Part shown: positions 57,901 to 64,000 of the stretch, in pieces
Numbering within the stretch: the stretch's first letter is position 1
How the letters are laid out: each line of letters opens with the position of its first letter
Assembly (NCBI GenBank): GCA_002104945.1
Contig: MCFH01000062.1
Location: 124,001-188,000 of the forward strand
Length of the DNA: 64,000 bases
Direction of reading: 5' to 3'
Origin: Piromyces finnis finn
Lineage: Eukaryota; Fungi; Neocallimastigomycota
The notes under the pieces: model-generated
Told to the model about the DNA's origin: nothing
What the model saw: the letters and a program-made list of their open reading frames with translations, nothing else
The model's database searches: none
Position numbers and translations under genes: made by a program

Positions 57901-59386
57901 CTTATGTTGTATTGCAATCCAAGGAAATCTTAAAGAAGAATTAATCAAAGAAGTTAAAGAAGATACGGAAATACAAGAATTAACAAAAATTCTACAAGGG
58001 AATTCTATTGCAAGCAGAAAGTATAAAAAGCTTATGAAGAACTTTAAATTAAATGAAGAAGGTATTCTTTTGTATAAAGGATTAATTTTCGTACCAACTA
58101 AAATGAGAGAAAACATAATTTCAATTCATCATGATAATCCAGTTCATGGCCATTTTGGTATTATCAAAACCAAAGAATTAATAACAAGAAATTTCATTTG
58201 GTTAAACATGACTCAAGATATAGTAAAGTATATAGCTTCTTGCAAGACTTGTGGTGCAGCTAAAGACAATCGCCATAAACCTTATGGATTATTGCAACCT
58301 TTACCTACTCCTAGTAGACCTTGGTCCTCGGTATCGATGGATTTCATAACTGATTTACCAAGATCTCATCAGAAAACGGTTATAATGGTTGTGGTTGACA
58401 GACTAACAAAAATGGCTCACTTTATTCCATTCAGAATGATTCCAACTGCTCAAATTGCAGCAGATGTCTTCTTTAGAGAAATTTTCCGATTACATGGATT
58501 GCCAGACGAAATTATATCTGATAGAGGAACGCAATTCACTTCTGAATTTTGGCAACGTTTATGTTGCCTATTAAATATCAAACATAATGTTTCAAGTGCT
58601 CACCATCCACAATCTGATGGTCAAACTGAACGAGTTAATAGCATTCTAGAACAATTCTTAAGATGTTATATCAATAAAAGAAAAGATAACTGGATGAATC
58701 TCTTACCTTATGCGGAATTTGCATACAATAATACACTACAACAATCGATTAACCAAACACCTTTCTTTGCTAACTATGGTCAAAATCCAAGATTTGATTT
58801 AGAAATTCCAGCTGATAGTGGTAATAGAAGTGCTAACCGTCACGCCTCTCAAATGCAAAACAACATTAAATTTTTAAAGAAAAATTTAGAAAAAGCTAAA
58901 CAAAGATACAAGAAATATGCTGATTGTATAAGACTTATTGGTCCGAAATTGAGAATTGGTGATTTAGTTTGGTTAAAGCGTCCTGATTTACTTCCTAAAG
59001 GACCTCCTAAATTAACTGATAAAAAACTTGGACCTTTTGAAATCATCGAAAAGACTGGACCAGTTTCTTATAAGTTAAGATTACCTGAGTCTTTTAGATG
59101 TCATCCTGTTTTCCATATCTCGAATTTAGAACCTTTTGTAGTGAGAGAAAATAGTGATAATTTGCAACATTCTATCAAGATACCTAATATCGCTACTGAT
59201 TCATCTGTAGAAAGAATTCCATTGAAAATAGTTAGTGAAAAAATTGTCAATGGAATCAAGTATTATTTCATGGTTTGGAAAGATCATCTTCCTTCAGAAA
59301 GTTCTTGGCTTAGAGAAGATGAAATTGAGGACCCTCAAATGATTCAAGAATTTCTTAAACACAAGTCGCTCAGGGGCTCGACTTAA
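54902..59386 (+). CDS. Gag-Pol of element G (Gag-CCHC, PR, RT, RH, IN, chromodomain-like)
   Basis: First ATG at 54902 (the track starts at a TTG). CFICKSTGHLKKDC, LVDSGS, YIDDILIYS, ETDAS, HDNPVHGHFG...CKTC, SDRGTQF, YFMVWKDHLPSESSWLREDEI. Confidence 0.95.
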   Translation: MNGEYRYIDNCNGNGVAGISDDDSEASSMEIEHEDGEIVNARDNLIPRPPKFYGKRNELASFFAKLEKYFKYNLRQNATEAYKIDVLSCYLEGPAAEWYADLEKEESPLIKSYEDLKAAMQARYRTCTSSDVANRRLTKLNYKQFKSVMDYCDCFEKTSRDSSFDDEAKIHFFVEGLPPSVQEKTKLVYPKIRKLYDLINTVAANIEEDWRIYGKDPMNIDGERGRRYNRNLGKRLYQGNYGMKFNNYRDFHHEEKVQKTKKCFICKSTGHLKKDCPMLKDKLANRPKAFMIKENRKQHLLNVFDVVLHVNRGISLNALVDSGSDLEFMDWKTVNKYRIPIQRMMKDKFVEGLRGNGLLKYETIPLIMSIGNHKESIQFYITTLPSDVSLILGNKWLRKHDPIISFKNQKLEFKSEFCKTNCCATDEEINERIEQNKLKEEEDKRKRLELAEEIINNYKNSLVIRDSKLKNKENVLVIEKKKKKSCINKKCKTSKLNKILHQKYLVCCAITSDNDGTPEVPNEYKEFKNVFDEIECNELPPHRIYDCKIKLKDDNELFYGPLYPLTEEERETLKEYLKENLEKGFIRPSTSPAGAPVLFVRKKDGTLRLCVDYRRLNENTIRDSYPLPLISELFDRLREAKIFTKLDLKSAYNLVRINKGDEYKTAFRTRFGHFEYLVMPFGLKNAPATFQHFINDVLGEYLDEFAFSYIDDILIYSKDLEEHRTHVKKVLKKLQENGLYVKLSKCEFETNKTSFLGHIISDKGISMDPKKVEAIMNWPIPKTVKEVQSFLGLCNYYRRFIPNFAEIAKPLHNLTKKNVVFDWTIICNNAFEKLKQCFTEEPILVHADPELPYIVETDASDFAIGAVLSQRINNKELHPICYFSRGLTKSEKNYPIYDKELLAVICALKEWRHYLEGAKHQFTVFTDHKNLTFPRKPELLSQRQIRWNLFLTRYDFKLQYRPGKEGGKPDSFSRRPDFQKEEIKDEETFSCLTIKEIKENLCCIAIQGNLKEELIKEVKEDTEIQELTKILQGNSIASRKYKKLMKNFKLNEEGILLYKGLIFVPTKMRENIISIHHDNPVHGHFGIIKTKELITRNFIWLNMTQDIVKYIASCKTCGAAKDNRHKPYGLLQPLPTPSRPWSSVSMDFITDLPRSHQKTVIMVVVDRLTKMAHFIPFRMIPTAQIAADVFFREIFRLHGLPDEIISDRGTQFTSEFWQRLCCLLNIKHNVSSAHHPQSDGQTERVNSILEQFLRCYINKRKDNWMNLLPYAEFAYNNTLQQSINQTPFFANYGQNPRFDLEIPADSGNRSANRHASQMQNNIKFLKKNLEKAKQRYKKYADCIRLIGPKLRIGDLVWLKRPDLLPKGPPKLTDKKLGPFEIIEKTGPVSYKLRLPESFRCHPVFHISNLEPFVVRENSDNLQHSIKIPNIATDSSVERIPLKIVSEKIVNGIKYYFMVWKDHLPSESSWLREDEIEDPQMIQEFLKHKSLRGST

Positions 59387-60262
59387 GAAGAGGGGAATGT
59401 AAAATATTGTATTAGTTAAATGTATTAGTTAAATAATGTATTTAATACGTATGTAGAACAATGTATAATGTATTGAATTAATGTACCGTAAATTTTACAA
59501 AAATTTACATCACAATACATTAACATAAATTTATGTAAATTTAATTTTATGATAAGATAAAGTTTTGATGATAAAATAAAATTTTAAAATTAAATAATTT
59601 TTAACCAATAAATATTTGAGATAAGAAAAAATTTTTTTTATAAACTAAGCCTCAAAATTAGAAATAAATAAATTAAATATATGTTTGAAATATAATCAAC
59701 CATATAGTAAATAAATCAAAACTTTATTTTAAGTTTAGAAAATTCTTTAGTAAATAAATTGAATTTAAATAGTTTAATACAAATAATTTCTTTTAATAAA
59801 TGTATAAATGTAAACAATGTAAAATTATAATATTAAAACATGTATATTAGAATTTATTCAATTTATTTAAAAAGTATAAATAAAGAAAATTTCTCAACTA
59901 TTGAAACGATAGTTGGAAAATAGTAATTAATACAATTGTATCATTAGTATTAATAATATTAGATTATTAATAAAGCTTATAATAAAACATTTTTTATTTA
60001 ATTGAAAACTGATTACCTAGCGAAGGCTCTGGTTAAATAACCTTCGTGGTAAAGTAATCAGCAGTTGTCATAGTTTAGAAGATAAAGTTATTATTTAAAT
60101 AAATAAAAAAGTATTAAAAAATAAATTGGAATTTTTTCTTTCTTTTGTTTTGTATTGTTGTTTTGTTAGCACAGACCTAAATCCAATAATTTAATTTAAA
60201 GGTTAGATTTAAATTAAATATTTTACATAATTACTACAAACGAATCATAGAAATAAAGAAAT

Positions 60263-60315
60263 TGTCTTAGTGGTTAGTAACTAAGACTTTGGTCCGAATG
60301 TCTTGAGTTCGAGAC
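60263..60315 (+). promoter_or_regulatory. tRNA-derived A-box/B-box module in the K2 LTR
   Basis: TGTCTTAGTGG, 33 nt, GTTCGAGAC; the spacing equals G19 to G53 of a tRNA. Confidence 0.7.
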
Positions 60316-60664
60316 TTCTAAATTACTTTTTTTTTATTTTTATTTTAATTTTTTTATTTTGATTTTTTATCAACTCGAAATTCTTTGATTGGTTAAGAAA
60401 TTTAAGTTGTAAAAAATCTTTTAGATTAATTTTAAAAATTTTTATATAAATACGAGTGGATTTTTCTAAATTTAAAAAAAATTGAGTTTTTATTAATTAA
60501 TAAATTATTGTTAAACACTAACCTATTAAGTTAAAATTTGTGTGTTTTTAATAATAATTTTAAATATTAATAATTAACAGTAAGATAAAAGTGTTTTATA
60601 TTTACTAAGTTATTTTAGTAAATTGTTATAAATTTTTTTATTGTTAAGAACACATTTCTTTACA

Positions 60665-60674
60665 ATAAAAACTC
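60665..60674 (+). promoter_or_regulatory. Self-priming-type PBS of element I
   Basis: ATAAAAACTC after TTTACA is the reverse complement of GAGTTTTTAT at 60484-60493. Confidence 0.6.
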
Positions 60675-61932
60675 CTTTATAATAATAGACTTAATACCTT
60701 AGTGTTAAAGAATTAGTTATAGATAAAACTTATGTTTTATTATTGAAGCTTTTCTTTTAAAACATATTAAAAAAAAATATATATATAATTAAAATATAAA
60801 ATAATAAAATAGTTAAAATTTATTATAAAAAAAAAAAACAGAGTATAGCTAGTAACAACACTTGAGTTGTGGAGGAGGCGCTCAAAGTTATTTTATAAAA
60901 ATAAAAACTATAATTATTTTATAAATTTTAAATTATTTTTTATTTTTTTTGGAACGAAGTTTTTAATAAAACACTTTATTTTTCAAGTTTTCTTGAAAAT
61001 TAGATTTATTTAATAATATTTTAAAAATATTATATAATAAACTAATATTGACTTCCTACGCGTCAAAAGTTAGACTTTGATACCATAATACTTTTGCGTT
61101 TAGGTATAGTTGAAACACGGGGAAACTAATTTGTTCAATTCTTTCATACTAACAAGAGTTAGCTATTATAAAGAATTAAACAATATTACTTCCTATTATC
61201 GAAAGATATTAACATTCGACTTTACCTACTTTATCGTAAAAGAGCTAAAGGAACTCTTAGATATTAGTTTATAACAAATTGTATATTTGGTGGTCTAACA
61301 CTATATAATTTGGCATATATTTTTAAATTATTTTAGTTAATAAATATAATTGAAGAAAACTTTTTTTAATAAAACATCTTTCTCTTTTTCTTTTACTTTT
61401 AATTCGTTCCATTAAAAAAAAAAAAAAAAAAATATTTTTTATTGGAGGCTTTGTTTAATTTAATATTGATAATTGAAATATTCTTTTCTTATCAATTTTG
61501 AGTTAAACAAATTATATTTCAGCAATAGACAGGCCTTATTGATTTATCAACAGGGGCATATTAGGGGTAATAGTAAGAACCTGAAGCGCGTGACGGAACT
61601 TAGATCGCGTGAATAGGGCGACGGAAACATCTATTATCGGACGAAAGACCCTTAATCAATAGTCTATTAAATATAATTTGGTCGGTAACTCAATTTGATA
61701 ATAACAATATTAAATTTTCTTTCTTTAATTTTCTTAAAAATATTATTTTCTTTGTATTCTAATTATAACTTAAATCAATTCAAAATTCATAATTCCAAGA
61801 CATTTTTTTTAAAAAAAAAAAAAAAAAAACAAGTATAATCTCAAGTTTAAGTGGTAGTCTAAGCTTCCTAAATCAATTAACAATAATCAAAAGTCAAAGT
61901 CAAATAATCTAAGCTTCTAATAATAAGTCAAA

Positions 61933-62940
61933 ATGGATGAAATTAATCAAAACATCTTTGACAATGCTGCTCTGAAGGATGGATTTGCTGGGGATAAAAG
62001 ATTTCTAAAAGGATTCCTGGCCAAGATAGAATTAGTATTTCTTCTTTACCCTGAGAGATACCAAAATGATGAAACGAAAATTTTATACATTATCTCTCGC
62101 TTGTATGGAAATGCCTTGAATTGGGCAGCTACCTTAATCGAAAATCATGATCAATGCCTCCTAAACTACGATGCTTTTGTCAGTAGATTAAAAACCTTCT
62201 ATGGGAACAATGATGAAGTTTTCTTTGCTAACCAAATGCTTAAGAGGGTTAGACAGAAGAATATCGGCCGTGCCAACGATTACATCATGGAATTTAATAA
62301 ATATGCAGATGTTTCCTCTTGGAATGAAGAAGCCAAGATGGATGCTTTTTTGGCAGGTTTGGTCGACCAAGTTGCTTCACGTATTATTGAGATGTTTCCC
62401 GGACCAAAGAATCTTTCTTCTATGCAAACTATTGCTTCTAGGATTGATTCAAGACTCGCCGTTAACAAAAAATTCTTTGGTCATAGCAATTCTGAAAACT
62501 ATAAATCTAGAAGAAATAATAATTTCCCGAAGAAAAGCAATAATAATTCTAATAAAAATAAGTTTCATGGACCTTTAAGCAAAGCTGAAAAGGACAGAAG
62601 AAGAAAAAATAATTTATGTATGTACTGTGGCTCTTCCGATCATTCACTTGATAATTGTCCTTTAAAGCAAAAGAAGGATAAATCTTCGAATACTTCCTTT
62701 ATGTCCATTCCAACTAAACCAATTCGTCCAAGTCAAAGAACTATTGAAAATTCAGACTTTGTTGCAAACTTCAAAATTTCCTTTGAAAATTCCGTCCAAA
62801 TTCTTATTGATTCAGGTTCAAAACTTAATCTAATTGATCGTGCTTATTGTGAAGAGAACTCCATTCCTTATTACGATCATTGTGATCTTCCAAAAATTAT
62901 TGGCATTGGTGGTAATCAGGCAATTTTCGGTATAACTCCA
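61933..62940 (+). CDS. Gag and partial protease of element I, truncated by an LTR insertion
   Basis: Retrotransposon Gag pattern (FAGDK..LKGFLAKIELVF...YIISRLYGNALNWA), CMYCGSSDHSLDNC, ILIDSGS. The frame runs into the inserted LTR at 62941. Confidence 0.88.
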
Positions 62941-63058
62941 TGTAAAGTCGACACAAAAGAATAGATTAGGATATCTATTCTATTACAATAACACTAAAGA
63001 TTTATATAAAATTGTTTTGTTAAAAAAATATCTTTTATTATAATAGAAATTATAATAA
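62941..63058 (-). mobile_element. 3' end of an inverted B/J-family LTR, interrupted by J
   Basis: TGTAAAGTCGACAC is the reverse of the J LTR end (GTGTCTGACTTTACA). Confidence 0.75.
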
Positions 63059-64000
63059 TGTAAAGACATCAAACGCCTCTGTTTGATATCTTTAATGTAA
63101 CTTAAGCCACAAGTATTATTGTTTAAGTTACACAAATTATATTCAGAAAAAGAAAATGAGACATAATTTATTTATTAATAATTAAAGTTTAAAACAAAAT
63201 AAATTATTAATTTATTTTTAATGTTTAACAAGTAAATTAATATTCTCAATTTAAATCCCTAGTTTTAGTATTGTTTTTTTTATAGAAATAGATAAATAAT
63301 AAATGATTAATATATCAATAATACATGGGCACATATTCAAATTAAATGGTACTTAATTTGAATTGCCAATTGTATTTTACTAAAAATAGTTATAGTTTAA
63401 ATATTTATTAATAATTAAGATTTTAGTGTAGATTTTAAATAATAATATATAAGAAATAAATAGCTATAATATAATATAAATGTATTTAGGAAAAATATAA
63501 ATAGAAGATATTTTTCATCATTTTATCGATGTAATTGTTATTATTAAAATTCTATTATAATAAAAGATATTTTATAAAACAATTTTTTTATTTTATTTTT
63601 CAAATTTTTGTGTTATTGTAATAGGTTAGATATCCTAATCTATTCGGTTTAGTGTCTGACTTTACAATAACAATTACCTAAACAGATCGTTACGAATACG
63701 TTAGGGTATCAAGAAGAAATAGAAGAACTTTTGGGAAGATTCTACTAGGACAAATAGAAGAATTCTACTAGAAGAAATATAAGAACTTTTTGGAAAACTC
63801 TACTTGAAGAAATAGAAGAAATTTTTGAATATTTTGCTAAGGCTACCTAAGGAAGATTATCAAGAACTTTGGGATATTCTACCGGACTACAAGAATACTT
63901 TAATCAATCGGAACGCTTCACCGAATAATTCATATTTGAAAAGGACTATTACTACGGCTGAAGTTTGGAATTAACATTAGTTAATAACTTGTTCGACACT
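63059..64000 (+). mobile_element. Start of element J (B family): 5' LTR 63059-63666, PBS 63667-63677, leader with degenerate tandem repeats
   Basis: LTR matches the split B LTR and shows the empty GGCAC site (about 63328). PBS ATAACAATTAC is complementary to 63531-63541. Confidence 0.88.

Larger units (their letters stand above)
53793..60227 (+). mobile_element. Full-length Ty3/Gypsy element G (830-bp LTRs 53793-54622 and 59398-60227; TSD TAATT)
   Basis: No LTR differences noticed. TAATT at 53788-53792 and 60228-60232. PPT AAGAAGAGGGGAA. Confidence 0.95.
52820..60238 (+). mobile_element. Solo LTR H (C/D-related, about 980 bp), interrupted near its 3' end by G
   Basis: TGTAAGAAATAATAATT start resembles C. 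Shares TTTAGGTTTTTCTTCTAGTCTTTTCCTAAA and AGAGTTATTAT with C. TSD AACGA at 52815-52819 and 60239-60243. Confidence 0.8.
52812..62940 (+). mobile_element. 3'-truncated Ty3/Gypsy element I, whose 5' LTR is K-family (K2: 52812-52819 plus 60244-60664), split by H and G
   Basis: Removing H (TSD AACGA) gives TGTAACGAATCATAG..., about 430 bp, ending TTCTTTACA. A PBS follows, then a 1.27-kb leader and gag-pro. Confidence 0.7.

Noticed and set aside
60255-60330. Functional tRNA genes at the A/B-box modules (also 841, 1552, 36445)
   Set aside because: Acceptor and T stems do not pair, and all copies lie inside LTRs.
61575-61650. Hammerhead ribozyme
   Set aside because: CTGAAGC does not fit CUGANGA, and I could not build the three stems.

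Overview
Extremely AT-rich eukaryotic DNA. Composition, element types and gene families suggest an anaerobic gut fungus (Neocallimastigomycota); this is inference. Two dense nests of LTR retrotransposons (1-11.9 kb and 34-64 kb) flank an AT-rich middle holding two ankyrin-repeat paralogs, a decayed non-LTR (LINE) element and a pseudogene of a bacterial-type AAA-ATPase-like/PD-(D/E)XK nuclease. My labels: A, C, D and G are intact single-ORF Ty3/Gypsy elements. B, F, I and J are truncated Ty3/Gypsy elements. E, H and K are LTR families seen mostly as solo LTRs. One Ty1/Copia relic is split by nested inserts. Most of the nesting order can be read from 5-bp target-site duplications (TSDs). Two main observations: (1) Every 5' LTR with a visible downstream flank has a 10-11 nt PBS complementary to a sequence inside its own LTR, as in Tf1-type self-priming, with family-specific covariation. 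(2) K-family LTRs carry a tRNA-derived A-box/B-box module near their 5' end. Six separate insertions (F1, F2, C, D, H, G) lie about 9-28 nt upstream of that module's tRNA +1 equivalent, so the K LTR may be a mobile Pol III-type landing pad that seeds retrotransposon nests. All coordinates and alignments were read by eye and should be confirmed computationally.
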